From a virus (Duplodnaviria; Heunggongvirae; Uroviricota; Caudoviricetes): DNA of 64,000 nt. The notes beneath the pieces were generated by a model. The model searched no databases and was not told where the DNA came from. It was given only the letters and a program-made list of their open reading frames with translations. The number at the start of each line of letters is the position of its first letter. Position 1 is the first letter of the stretch. Shown piece by piece: positions 26,411-36,115 of the stretch. The position numbers and the translations under genes were made by a program. The DNA lies in the IMG/VR virus record IMGVR_UViG_3300044259_000028, positions 18,283 to 82,282 of that record; one strand, written 5' to 3'.

Positions 26411-28122
26411 TGCTTCAACCGTGCAACTACTTCTGCATAAGTAGTAGGATTGTACAGCTTACCATCTCGGAACACAACCTGCAATTCACCTTGTTCTTCT
26501 TGTACAGAATCCTGTTGATCGTACAGGACGTAATCATCACCCTCTTTCTCAACACGCAGCAAACCTTTCGCAGACTTCTTCACGCCGTTGTCAGTTGCAG
26601 GGTCTTTGAACAGTTCGCGTTGCTCACCATTTACGATACCGTAGGTAGCCTTAACAGCCATGCCGAAAGTATCACGAGTGATGTACTGATAGGTGTACGA
26701 ACCAATGCCGAACACAATATTACCAGCACTGAAACCTTTATCCATCAAGCGTTTCAGGATAGCTTCAGCACGTTCCAGTGTAATGCTGTCACCGTAGATC
26801 AGGCCCACACGCTGGTTCAGGGTCTTGAAACCTTTATCAGTAACAGTGCCACCGAAAATGTCCCACAGGCATTCTACAGCACCTTTCTGAGCAGGGGTTA
26901 GTTCCGCAGGTTCACAGGAGGAAATACTAGAACCGTCAATATAGTAATATTGTTTATCATAACGATTCCACTCAATGTAAGCCTCTACACGATAGATAAC
27001 ACCTTTTTGACGGAAGTAGCCAAAAGGACTCATATCTCCCATCTCACCGTGATCTGTACTAGAGCGGACTTCTTCTTCAAGTACTTCTTTTGCCCAGTCT
27101 TTCAAGTTATACTGTTCAGGAACGTCAACAATTTGCACAGTACCACAAATAATGTCAACAGGATCACCGCTATCAGGACGGAATACTACCTTAGCCTGAC
27201 CTAGTGCATTAACTTCACGAGCTAAGATTTCTTCTTTCAGAATGTTAGCAGTGTTAGTAATAACGTTCCAGAAGTCCCAAGTGTCAGAGACAATCGAAAC
27301 AATACCAGAAGGGTACAGTTCGGTAATCAGGCGACGGAAAGTTTGCACCTCGTCATCCTTACCACCCATACACATCACACTGTGTTCAGTCGCAGGAACA
27401 CTGCCACCTACCAGTTCCTTTTCAACATTAGCACCATAGTAAGTTTCCAGATAGTCAATCGCTGGTAACGTGTCAGTACCGTGACCGGCAGCGAACAGGT
27501 GACCAATAGTTTTGTACGCACCGCCGATACCTACCAGACCACGCATCGAGAAGTCGTGCAGCTGCCAGTCAGCGAATTGGATATCACTACCAGTAGCTTC
27601 TACATACTTATTCAGCAGGCGACGGTACTCATAGGCAATCGTTGCAATCGTAACTACCGGCCAGATTTCAGCCGACATAATAGTTTCGATGTAGTTCGTC
27701 AGCCAGAAGAATGCAGGGTGCGTGTTGTGGAAGGTTACGAACGGCACCTTGATATTTACACGAGTGCCTTCTGGCAACGCTTTAATACGCAGTGGCAGGT
27801 AACCCATATCATGTAGAGCAGCAATATGGTCAACACCGACAGCATCAGGGCCGAGGTAACAGTCCATGCGACGCTTGTATTCTGCAACAACAACATCCTT
27901 CGGGCGATTGAAGAAACCTTCGTTCCACGATTCGATCAGAAATTCCAGAACGAAACCTTGGATGCCAGCCACAACAACCTTATTGTCGTACAAGGAAGTC
28001 ATCTTTGCATGACCAGCCGAACGTGCAGTCAAATTGCTGTACACCAGTGTAGTACCTTCAGGATACTGAGGACCGTGACCGGTTTTGTAACCGTCAAGGG
28101 CCAGATGCGGTTTGATTTTCAT
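26407..28122 (-). CDS. Nicotinamide phosphoribosyltransferase-like (NadV/NAMPT family; NARP1 Namat candidate)
   Basis: Likely start MKIKPHLALDGYKTGHG (RBS GAAAGG). NAMPT family motifs throughout. 571 aa. Confidence 0.8.
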   Translation of the reverse strand: MKIKPHLALDGYKTGHGPQYPEGTTLVYSNLTARSAGHAKMTSLYDNKVVVAGIQGFVLEFLIESWNEGFFNRPKDVVVAEYKRRMDCYLGPDAVGVDHIAALHDMGYLPLRIKALPEGTRVNIKVPFVTFHNTHPAFFWLTNYIETIMSAEIWPVVTIATIAYEYRRLLNKYVEATGSDIQFADWQLHDFSMRGLVGIGGAYKTIGHLFAAGHGTDTLPAIDYLETYYGANVEKELVGGSVPATEHSVMCMGGKDDEVQTFRRLITELYPSGIVSIVSDTWDFWNVITNTANILKEEILAREVNALGQAKVVFRPDSGDPVDIICGTVQIVDVPEQYNLKDWAKEVLEEEVRSSTDHGEMGDMSPFGYFRQKGVIYRVEAYIEWNRYDKQYYYIDGSSISSCEPAELTPAQKGAVECLWDIFGGTVTDKGFKTLNQRVGLIYGDSITLERAEAILKRLMDKGFSAGNIVFGIGSYTYQYITRDTFGMAVKATYGIVNGEQRELFKDPATDNGVKKSAKGLLRVEKEGDDYVLYDQQDSVQEEQGELQVVFRDGKLYNPTTYAEVVARLKQ

Positions 28123-28123
28123 A

Positions 28124-28357
28124 TTAGAATACACCTTTCTCTTGTTTGATTTTACCCTCACTTTTAGAAAGTTTAAATGGGAAATTAAGATTAACACCGT
28201 CGAATCGTTGATATTTTCCTTCCCCAGTGACTGAAAGCAAATACCCTGCCTCCATTTCTACACCATCGATATGGGTAGCTTTCAAAGCAACACTACCGCC
28301 TAGAACTTCTAGATCGAAGGTGATTTTCTTTCCGTTAATCGTTGTAGTAACACTCAT
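28124..28357 (-). CDS. Hypothetical small protein
   Basis: 77 aa beta-rich ORF between the NAMPT-like and Prs-like genes. Confidence 0.4.
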   Translation of the reverse strand: MSVTTTINGKKITFDLEVLGGSVALKATHIDGVEMEAGYLLSVTGEGKYQRFDGVNLNFPFKLSKSEGKIKQEKGVF

Positions 28358-28369
28358 TTTCTTTTCTCC

Positions 28370-29242
28370 TTAAATAAGTTGGATCAATTTGTTATCCAGC
28401 AGTTCTGGTTTGCCCATAAAGTTGGATACGTAGATTTTATCTATGAAACCATCGAACACTTCTAGACCAGCCGAGAAGATGCCGTGGGTAACATACAGAC
28501 TAATCTTACGATCCTCGTTTGTAGGATAGTTTACATCAGCTTTAATGGCTTTTGCAAGCTCAATAAAGGTGCGCCCACCGTCGCAAATATCATCTACAAT
28601 CAAGAATTCCTTATGCGGAGTTACACCGAAAGGTGGGCGGATAGGATCAAGCAACGATGTGCGCTCAATCTTACCGGTTGCTACATTCCGAACCTTCGTT
28701 GCTCGGATTACGGAATCATACCCGAGTTGTTTAGCGAAGTCAAACACTTTCTTTTCTGCACCTGCATCCGGGGAAATAACCGCAGTGTTTTCAGGCTTGC
28801 AGTAGTTTCCGATATGCCGCGCACAGAATGTCAGTGGATGCTGGAATAAATTATTAATCAATGCAGCACCTACCGGCGAGTGGATATCATGACAGATAAC
28901 ACGTTCGAAGTCAAGGGCGTTAATAAAATCTGCAACAACTTTCACAGACAAACTTTCACCAACATTACATACACGATCTTGACGAGCATAAGGTAGATAT
29001 GGCATCTCTAAGACAAACTTGAATCGTGCATAGAACAGACGACGGGCAGCATCTACCACCAATGCCAGATCAAATAGATCACTGTTGTTCTTAAAGTTGA
29101 ATACGATGCGTGCACGTGGATTAATTTCGAAAGACTGTAGACCATCTGGTGCATCAATACGAATACACGATTCACCAGCAGGAAATACAGTCTTAGTAAT
29201 TTGGTATTCCTTACCACTAATGTAAAGTTTAATATTCTCCAT
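28370..29242 (-). CDS. Ribose-phosphate pyrophosphokinase-like (Prs family; NARP1 Adps candidate)
   Basis: PRPP-binding loop IVDDICDGGRTF and ...VTHGIFSAG match Prs family. Confidence 0.75.
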   Translation of the reverse strand: MENIKLYISGKEYQITKTVFPAGESCIRIDAPDGLQSFEINPRARIVFNFKNNSDLFDLALVVDAARRLFYARFKFVLEMPYLPYARQDRVCNVGESLSVKVVADFINALDFERVICHDIHSPVGAALINNLFQHPLTFCARHIGNYCKPENTAVISPDAGAEKKVFDFAKQLGYDSVIRATKVRNVATGKIERTSLLDPIRPPFGVTPHKEFLIVDDICDGGRTFIELAKAIKADVNYPTNEDRKISLYVTHGIFSAGLEVFDGFIDKIYVSNFMGKPELLDNKLIQLI

Positions 29243-29790
29243 TACGTTTCCTCTCGTTGAATTTCAAGCATACGACGAATACGCCACAATGCTAAATCTT
29301 TGTCAGTTGTGGAAGACTCAATACCAGTAGTTTCATATCCATCTTCATCATAAATTACAGTAGAGTCATGATGTTCTGCGTCGAAAGCACCCCTACCTCG
29401 CTCTTGAAACAAACATTCAAAACTATTCTCACCAAACAGTGCATCAAGGTCGGCATGATTGAAGTTATGAATGTCCCACAGACTTACACCATTCATAGCA
29501 ATAGTGTTACTATCGTTACCGAAATGTAGCCCTTGTGCATTGAAGAATGGATGCGAAGCTGCTAATCCTACCGAACAGTATAGTGTACCACATTCTCTTT
29601 CTGAACGAAATCGTGCAAGGTCGAGTAGATGCTCAGGATAGCTTGTAATAAGTTTTCGTAAGAATACAAGATTCTCAATAATTTTATCTTTGTTCATAGT
29701 TTCACCTTTTAAATATTTTTCACGCCATAGGCGATAAGTGTTCCATTGGTCAGTCATTGTAGCGTTTTGCAATTTCAATAGCTCGATCAA
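29242..29790 (-). CDS. Hypothetical protein
   Basis: 182 aa, ATGA coupling to the upstream gene. Confidence 0.4.
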   Translation of the reverse strand: MIELLKLQNATMTDQWNTYRLWREKYLKGETMNKDKIIENLVFLRKLITSYPEHLLDLARFRSERECGTLYCSVGLAASHPFFNAQGLHFGNDSNTIAMNGVSLWDIHNFNHADLDALFGENSFECLFQERGRGAFDAEHHDSTVIYDEDGYETTGIESSTTDKDLALWRIRRMLEIQREET

Positions 29791-30067
29791 AACCCTCCAT
29801 CACCTCTGCATGCGTATGAGAGTCATTATATGGGCCGATTGCCCCGAAAGTGTCAAAACCACATCTCAGGATTCTAGCAGATTTCTCAATAACAAAACGA
29901 TCACTGTTTACAGCTAGCAGTGCGCCATACGAACAGAAGCAACGTGCTAGGTCACTACTATACACCACTTCATTGCCTTGACCGTCTCGCGCACATGTGC
30001 CTTGGGTCCACTTGTCATGCGTGCTAATAAGCTGTTTAGCTTTGATAAGATGCTCAGAGGTTTTCAT
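29750..30067 (-). CDS. Hypothetical protein
   Basis: 105 aa. Confidence 0.35.
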   Translation of the reverse strand: MKTSEHLIKAKQLISTHDKWTQGTCARDGQGNEVVYSSDLARCFCSYGALLAVNSDRFVIEKSARILRCGFDTFGAIGPYNDSHTHAEVMEGFDRAIEIAKRYND

Positions 30068-30141
30068 TTAGTTTTCTCCTTTTCTTGATATTCTACACCA
30101 TCAACAGTAATCATTGCAACAATTTTCTTCATTCAATCCTC

Positions 30142-30615
30142 CTATTCATCCGGTAAAATAATTTCAACACCCTTTGCAATCAAGCTGTCGTAAAGATCAA
30201 CACTGATATTCAATGGGAACAGTATAACACGTTTTTCAAGCTTTAGCATCTGTTCCACCATATTTAATGAACCAGTGGATTTGCCATCCCAAATCACTAA
30301 CGCACAGTCACCTTCTTCCGCCATTTCAGCATTTCTCCAGTGGCCTGCTAGTGCATTGTACTTTTCGCCATTGTAGCGTGTTTTGACAACAGCGCCTTTA
30401 GCCTTAATATTACTCCATTTTGCAGGACGTTTCAATACCTTTAGACCATTACGTTCTGCGAATTCTTCACCTAGCTTGTCAGCACCTTCTGCCTCACCTG
30501 AAATTACTATAATGTCTTTACCATAATCCTTCCACAGGCCACTAAGGACAATGGCCTCACGTATAAGTGCATACGTTTTGATACTACGACTTCCTGCAAT
30601 GATTACTTTATACAT
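30142..30615 (-). CDS. SLOG-superfamily Rossmann-fold protein (DUF2493/YpsA/DprA-like)
   Basis: MYKVIIAGSRS...ISGEAEGADKLGEEFA pattern. Confidence 0.45.
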   Translation of the reverse strand: MYKVIIAGSRSIKTYALIREAIVLSGLWKDYGKDIIVISGEAEGADKLGEEFAERNGLKVLKRPAKWSNIKAKGAVVKTRYNGEKYNALAGHWRNAEMAEEGDCALVIWDGKSTGSLNMVEQMLKLEKRVILFPLNISVDLYDSLIAKGVEIILPDE

Positions 30616-30730
30616 AAAACAACTCCCGCTATAATGAGGCTAATAACAAATAAGACATTCCAGAAATATCTTTCTTTATCTGAAATAGTACCATAAATTT
30701 CATCCAGTGTGACAGGATCGTCTAAATTTT

Positions 30731-31015
30731 TCATATCTGCCCCATATCCTGAATTATAGCACGAGGGTTGTCATCAATCCATACGTCAATACGGATACCT
30801 TGCGCATACATAAATTTTTCCTTAGCTTGGCGATTAGTTGGATATACACCATCTACTTTATCGCCAAGCTTATCATAAATTTCTACAGATTCACTTTCAG
30901 AGCGCCAAGTTACAATGTAAACTTTATTTCCAAACATACGCATCATCCAGATAACCCTATTCCACATGACAGGGTTGCGTGTGTATGTATCGTCATAGTC
31001 TAATCCGATATTCAT
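30731..31015 (-). CDS. Hypothetical protein
   Basis: 94 aa. Confidence 0.35.
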   Translation of the reverse strand: MNIGLDYDDTYTRNPVMWNRVIWMMRMFGNKVYIVTWRSESESVEIYDKLGDKVDGVYPTNRQAKEKFMYAQGIRIDVWIDDNPRAIIQDMGQI

Positions 31016-31464
31016 TTCACAAAAGCCTCCATAAATTTATAACGTTCCATTTGATTCCCCATGTGTTTGTATTCTTTCTGGATACGAGTAACATCTTCTA
31101 AGAAGAGTTTGAAAGCTTCACCAAGTGCACTAGCCTCATCAGGAGTTACCCAACTATCGTTACAAAGATAAATGTAATCTAATTTTCCAGAAAAACTATC
31201 TACAGTGTTATATCCTGTGAACCCTAAAGTGAGTTTAGAAGGGATATGTTCTATGCGCGCTACACTGTAGTTACTGCGAGCATTTTGCCACTTACTACTA
31301 TCCGCTAACTCTTTGATAATAGCCAAGACAGGCTCACTGATATCCTTCTGAATAGCTTCTTTTACAACAATCTCCACCGTAGGTTTTACAGGTGGTGCAA
31401 ATCGTGCTAAGTACTCTTCATCGCGTTTTTGCATCTCATTCCAGAGTTTCTTAATGCCGAACAT
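31012..31464 (-). CDS. Hypothetical protein
   Basis: 150 aa. Confidence 0.4.
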   Translation of the reverse strand: MFGIKKLWNEMQKRDEEYLARFAPPVKPTVEIVVKEAIQKDISEPVLAIIKELADSSKWQNARSNYSVARIEHIPSKLTLGFTGYNTVDSFSGKLDYIYLCNDSWVTPDEASALGEAFKLFLEDVTRIQKEYKHMGNQMERYKFMEAFVK

Positions 31465-31473
31465 ATTAGCTCC

Positions 31474-31719
31474 TTAAATCTTCTTGATTACAATAAAGTT
31501 AGTGTAGTCTCCACTGTCATGCAAATCATAGTAGATACAATGTGTATGAATATACTCTGCGGAAATCTCAAGGTCATCCAAACGTACACCGGGCCATTTC
31601 TCAGTAGCTTTTGAGATAATTTCAATAAGACTAATACCGTAACTATCTTGGATGTATAACATATCGTCTGTATCGTCAGGCCAGAAATTAGTAATACTAC
31701 CATTCTTAGTGTAACCCAT
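31474..31719 (-). CDS. Hypothetical protein
   Basis: 81 aa. Confidence 0.35.
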   Translation of the reverse strand: MGYTKNGSITNFWPDDTDDMLYIQDSYGISLIEIISKATEKWPGVRLDDLEISAEYIHTHCIYYDLHDSGDYTNFIVIKKI

Positions 31720-31783
31720 TAATTCCTCCTAGATAAAATAATAGCCACATCATACCTAAGTACAATGTGGCTGTCAACTACTT

Positions 31784-32332
31784 TTATGTTCCGTGGCGTT
31801 TTGTGTAGCCACCTATTTCTTCTAGCTTACTAAATCGAAAATCGCAAGCCATCTTGAACGCTTCTTCCCCAAATTTCTTTAAAGAAAAAGCCCTCTTTCT
31901 CACTCTACCATTTTCACACCAGCAAGCACACCAATAACCTTGCCCACTCTTTAGATCGTAAGATACACCGCCCACTCCACTAGTGTTTGTAGAGAATAGT
32001 TTTTGATTTCTCATATTTCCTAATTGAGTTGTAAGATTTAGATTTGATAAAGCATTGTTTGTAGGTACACCGTCGATGTGGTCTACAACCTCATTATCAC
32101 TTAATTGCCCGTTGTGCATCTCAAAAATTACTCTATGAATCAAATATTGCTTTCCACCTTTTCCAACCACATAATAGCCTATGGTTTTAGAAAAAGAACC
32201 TGCCACACTTCCAGCCTTTATCTTTAAGATTGAGAGATTTCTCCCTGTATATACATCAACTTTCCATCTTAAGTAGGTAGGGCTAGACTCATCATAATAG
32301 AAGTAATCTGTCCAATCCATTAGTAGACCCAA
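31784..32332 (-). CDS. HNH homing endonuclease with AP2 DNA-binding domain
   Basis: VVDHIDGVPTNNALSNL (HNH_3) plus GVGGVSYDLKSGQGYWCACW...RVRKRAFS (AP2-like). Sits immediately downstream of nrdB. Confidence 0.65.
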   Translation of the reverse strand: MGLLMDWTDYFYYDESSPTYLRWKVDVYTGRNLSILKIKAGSVAGSFSKTIGYYVVGKGGKQYLIHRVIFEMHNGQLSDNEVVDHIDGVPTNNALSNLNLTTQLGNMRNQKLFSTNTSGVGGVSYDLKSGQGYWCACWCENGRVRKRAFSLKKFGEEAFKMACDFRFSKLEEIGGYTKRHGT

Positions 32333-33276
32333 TCACCTGATAAAGAGTCTTTACTGTAGGCTGTAATAGTTGTTTCGAAGAAATTACCTAGAACTCCGTC
32401 ACCTGTAATCTGCTCTACAAACGGTAAAGGATTTTCAGTAATACCGAATTGAGGTTTAAAGCCTAACTGTTGCATGCGATAGTCACAGACATACCTAATA
32501 TAGTTTTTCAAGGCTTGTTTGTCAAGCTTCTTAGGAACGTCCACGCCATAGCACAGATCAATAAAATTATCCTCTAGGTTTACAACCTGTCGTGCAGTTT
32601 CATAGATAGAGCGTTTCAAGTCTTCTGTGACTACTGAAGGGTTTTCTTCAACAAAAATTCTGAACAACTCAGTAAGTCCTTCTACGTGCATACTTTCATC
32701 AATCACACTCCACTGATTTACACTGACCATTCCCGGTAGTAGGCCCAGTTGTGAGAAATTTAAAAGCATAGCAAATGATGCAAAAAGGTTTACACCTTCC
32801 ATCAACACTTGTTTTGCTAGGTACTCTGCACGTCCTTTATTAGAGCGTAAATCTGTTGACTCAATCATGAAATCATGTTTAGCTTTCATCTCGTCATACG
32901 AAAGAAACTCTGACATAAATTCTAGGCTATCGTAGCCTAGAGTGTCATTAAGTCTTTTGTATCCTAGCATGTGTGTAGTCTCACGGCTTGCGAAAGATAA
33001 CAGCATCATACGGGCGTCTGCATTTTTAAAGATTGGTAAGAGCTTATCTACGTACCCTGCACAAACATCTGTGTCAGCTTGTGTAAATAAACGTAGAACC
33101 ATTTTAATATATTGTTTTTGTTTCTCTGAAACACTACCATCTTTCCATTGACCAACATCTTGATTCATATCTGCTTCTGCTGGCAACCAATGTGCACGTT
33201 CATGTTTCTCAAGAATCTCTTGAAGCTTCACATAACGTGGAACAAAGATTTCTGTTGCTTCTGTAATTTTACTCAT
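32320..33276 (-). CDS. nrdB: Ribonucleotide reductase class Ia small (beta) subunit
   Basis: Ferritin-like di-iron carboxylate motifs. 318 aa. Adjacent to nrdA. Confidence 0.85.
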   Translation of the reverse strand: MSKITEATEIFVPRYVKLQEILEKHERAHWLPAEADMNQDVGQWKDGSVSEKQKQYIKMVLRLFTQADTDVCAGYVDKLLPIFKNADARMMLLSFASRETTHMLGYKRLNDTLGYDSLEFMSEFLSYDEMKAKHDFMIESTDLRSNKGRAEYLAKQVLMEGVNLFASFAMLLNFSQLGLLPGMVSVNQWSVIDESMHVEGLTELFRIFVEENPSVVTEDLKRSIYETARQVVNLEDNFIDLCYGVDVPKKLDKQALKNYIRYVCDYRMQQLGFKPQFGITENPLPFVEQITGDGVLGNFFETTITAYSKDSLSGDWVY

Positions 33277-33279
33277 TCA

Positions 33280-35100
33280 TCATCCTCCGCAAGCTACACA
33301 TTCTTCACCTGACCAATCGACAAGTGCTTTTCTTTCAATTACCTTTGCATTGTCCGCATTACCTTCACGTTCAGTGCGTAGATAGTACATTGTCAATACC
33401 TCTTCACTCTTAAGAAACTTCAAATGAACAGAGTTTACATATTGACGACTACTCCCATAAGGGAAATATACGTTAAGTGATTGTGCCTGATGTTGCTTAC
33501 CTAGCACCTTATAACGCTGGTCAGCTTGCTCAATAGCCCAGTGCATATCAGTCTCCATAGCAACTTTATAAACATCTTTTTCAGAAGGAGAAAGGAAATC
33601 TAAGTGATCTACTTTACCGTCATTCTTGTTAATACTTTCCCATGTTTCATCTGTATTTTTATTATAACTTTCTAGTAATTTCTCTAGATGAGCATTTTTG
33701 ACAGTAAAGTTTCCAGCCCTTGTGGACTTAATAAAAATATTTCGGAAATAAGGCTCAATGGAAGGAGACGCGTTTAAGATATCTGCGCTATTAGCATTAG
33801 GTGCAATAGCGGTAGTACGACTATTACGCAATCCAGTACCTTTCATGTCTTCAGGCTCTCCACGTTCAATAGCTAGTTTCCTACTTTGAGCTTCAGAACG
33901 TTGAGCAATCAACCCATAAACCTTGTTCGTATGTTGAATAGCACTGTTAAATCCTCCACCTTCAAATGGAATATTTTTACTTTGCAAGTATCCATGCCAA
34001 CCTAGTGAACCAATACCAATAGCACGTTCACGTTCTGCACTATATTTAGCTTTGTGCAAAGTCTCAGGAGCATTATCAATAAAGTATTGTAGTACATTGT
34101 CTAGGAATGTTGTTAAGTCCTCTACAATCTTAGTATCCTTCCACTCTTCGAACTTCTCAATATTTAAACTAGAAAGGCAGCATACAAATGTACGTTCCTC
34201 ATCAGTCGGAAGAAGAATTTCACTACATAGGTTACTTCCTTTAATTTTCAATCCTAATTCTTTTTGGGTTTCTGGTAATTTCTCATTTGCGTGGTCGATC
34301 TTAACCAAAAACGGCTCACCAGTAAGCGCGCGGGTTTCTAAAATCTCTTCCCACACTTTACGAGCATCTAGCACTTCTCGTACCTCTTTACTATGAGGAC
34401 ATACTAATTCATAGGTCGTGCCTTCAAGTACGGCGTTAATGAATTTACGAGTAATATTAACACCTGTATGAAACTGTGTACGGTTATCACTACGGCGCTT
34501 AGTATCTCCACCGGGCTTACGAAAACGAATATGCTCAATAATATCAGGGTGATCTACATTTAGGTATGCAGCTAAAGCACCACGACGATTTTGCTGTCGG
34601 AAATAGCCAATAGCACTATCCATAACCTTTTCAAATGGAATTGGTCCGACAGCCTTACCGCCTACTGCACGAATACTCATGTGCGCGCCCGTGCCTCCGC
34701 CAGACATAGATAAGTCTGCTAACTCTTCAATAGCCTTCACCTGACCTTTTGCAGTATCAGGAACGTCGAATGCGAAACAACTAATAGGTTGTCCATAGCT
34801 CTTACCTACTTGAATCCACTTATTATCCTCCCAATATCCTTTGGGTGCGTTAGAAAGTACAGGACTAGCATACATGAAATATCCTTTATAGACATAATCA
34901 TAAATACGTTGTGCTAATTCTAAGTCACCTGCACAAAATGCGATAGCAGGGCGAGCCAATGCTTGGGAAATTGTTTCATCCTCTTTCAGATAGAAATCTT
35001 CTAGAAGTGTTTTAGAGAAATCCGTTACGTATGTAGGATTTTCTGTATTTATTTTAATTTGAGAAATGATAAACTCCTTAAAATGAAAAGAGGAACCCAA
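33280..35100 (-). CDS. nrdA: Ribonucleotide reductase large (alpha) subunit
   Basis: GSNLCSEILLP active-site region, C-terminal Cys pair, 606 aa (no ATP cone). Confidence 0.85.
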   Translation of the reverse strand: MGSSFHFKEFIISQIKINTENPTYVTDFSKTLLEDFYLKEDETISQALARPAIAFCAGDLELAQRIYDYVYKGYFMYASPVLSNAPKGYWEDNKWIQVGKSYGQPISCFAFDVPDTAKGQVKAIEELADLSMSGGGTGAHMSIRAVGGKAVGPIPFEKVMDSAIGYFRQQNRRGALAAYLNVDHPDIIEHIRFRKPGGDTKRRSDNRTQFHTGVNITRKFINAVLEGTTYELVCPHSKEVREVLDARKVWEEILETRALTGEPFLVKIDHANEKLPETQKELGLKIKGSNLCSEILLPTDEERTFVCCLSSLNIEKFEEWKDTKIVEDLTTFLDNVLQYFIDNAPETLHKAKYSAERERAIGIGSLGWHGYLQSKNIPFEGGGFNSAIQHTNKVYGLIAQRSEAQSRKLAIERGEPEDMKGTGLRNSRTTAIAPNANSADILNASPSIEPYFRNIFIKSTRAGNFTVKNAHLEKLLESYNKNTDETWESINKNDGKVDHLDFLSPSEKDVYKVAMETDMHWAIEQADQRYKVLGKQHQAQSLNVYFPYGSSRQYVNSVHLKFLKSEEVLTMYYLRTEREGNADNAKVIERKALVDWSGEECVACGG

Positions 35101-35163
35101 TAACAGGCTCCTCTATAAATGGATTAGTATTATATCACTAATCCCTTACTTGTGCAAGTTGTA

Positions 35164-35730
35164 TTACTCTGACAACAAATCTTTCTTACGGATAACCTTC
35201 TTACGTCTTTTTTCAGGAGGTTCTGTCTGTCCGTATTCAGCAAGAGTAGCACGACTGCCATTTTGTTTAAAAGGAGTTCCACGAATTGCTAGCAGCAAAT
35301 CTTCTAGCACTTTCACTTGCATCTTAATTTCTTCTTCATCAGGATTACACTGATCTGGTGGGAAACCTTCACCTGTACCACTAGTTTCGTATTCACGTGC
35401 TGATACTAACGACTTAGCAATTTCTTTAGCAAAACCTAGGTCACGATAACCGACAGCAATAAGACGATCTTCGGGAGTACACCATACACTATCTTGGAAG
35501 GAGCTATTAATTTCCACCTCACCAAGAATACGGTAGGCAATCACAACCTTACCTTGCATATTACGATGCTGTGAAGCTTCGAACATGATAGGGTAGTCTA
35601 GATCAAAACCAATAGTCTTTAGAAATGGTGCAATTAGTGCATCGTTGTCAGGGTTAATAAAATCGATCATACGGAGATGTGACAGTTCCGGGATCAATTG
35701 CAAATCAGTTACACTAATATTTTTATCCAT
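35164..35730 (-). CDS. Hypothetical protein
   Basis: 188 aa with a basic C-terminal tail. Confidence 0.4.
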   Translation of the reverse strand: MDKNISVTDLQLIPELSHLRMIDFINPDNDALIAPFLKTIGFDLDYPIMFEASQHRNMQGKVVIAYRILGEVEINSSFQDSVWCTPEDRLIAVGYRDLGFAKEIAKSLVSAREYETSGTGEGFPPDQCNPDEEEIKMQVKVLEDLLLAIRGTPFKQNGSRATLAEYGQTEPPEKRRKKVIRKKDLLSE

Positions 35731-36099
35731 TTAATATGCCTTTCCACCTTCTGCTTCACGTGCCTCTTTTTGATGATCTGGCCTAATTTTGTTGAAAGCC
35801 ATCTTCTCTACAACAGCACCACCTAGGTCCATATTATAAGCACCTGCTAGATCGGCAATACGAATCAGCGCATCTGCAAGTTCAACTTCAGCCATGCTAC
35901 GATGTGGCAACTTATCATCCATCAGACCTTTACGATCACCCTCCATTGCTTCTGAAATCTCACTGTGAATTAGGCACAGCTTATTAGAGAAGCACATAGG
36001 GTTAAGTGTAATGCTGTTGCCTTCTTTGTCTGTCCACCATCCAGCGTCCATCGATGCCTTATGACAAGCATCTACTAAAGCGTTAATACTATGTTTCAA
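35731..36099 (-). CDS. MazG-like nucleotide pyrophosphohydrolase
   Basis: EISEAMEG ... ELADALIRIADLA helical EExxE/D motifs. Confidence 0.55.
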   Translation of the reverse strand: MKHSINALVDACHKASMDAGWWTDKEGNSITLNPMCFSNKLCLIHSEISEAMEGDRKGLMDDKLPHRSMAEVELADALIRIADLAGAYNMDLGGAVVEKMAFNKIRPDHQKEAREAEGGKAY

Positions 36100-36115
36100 A
36101 TTAATTCCTTTTTAT

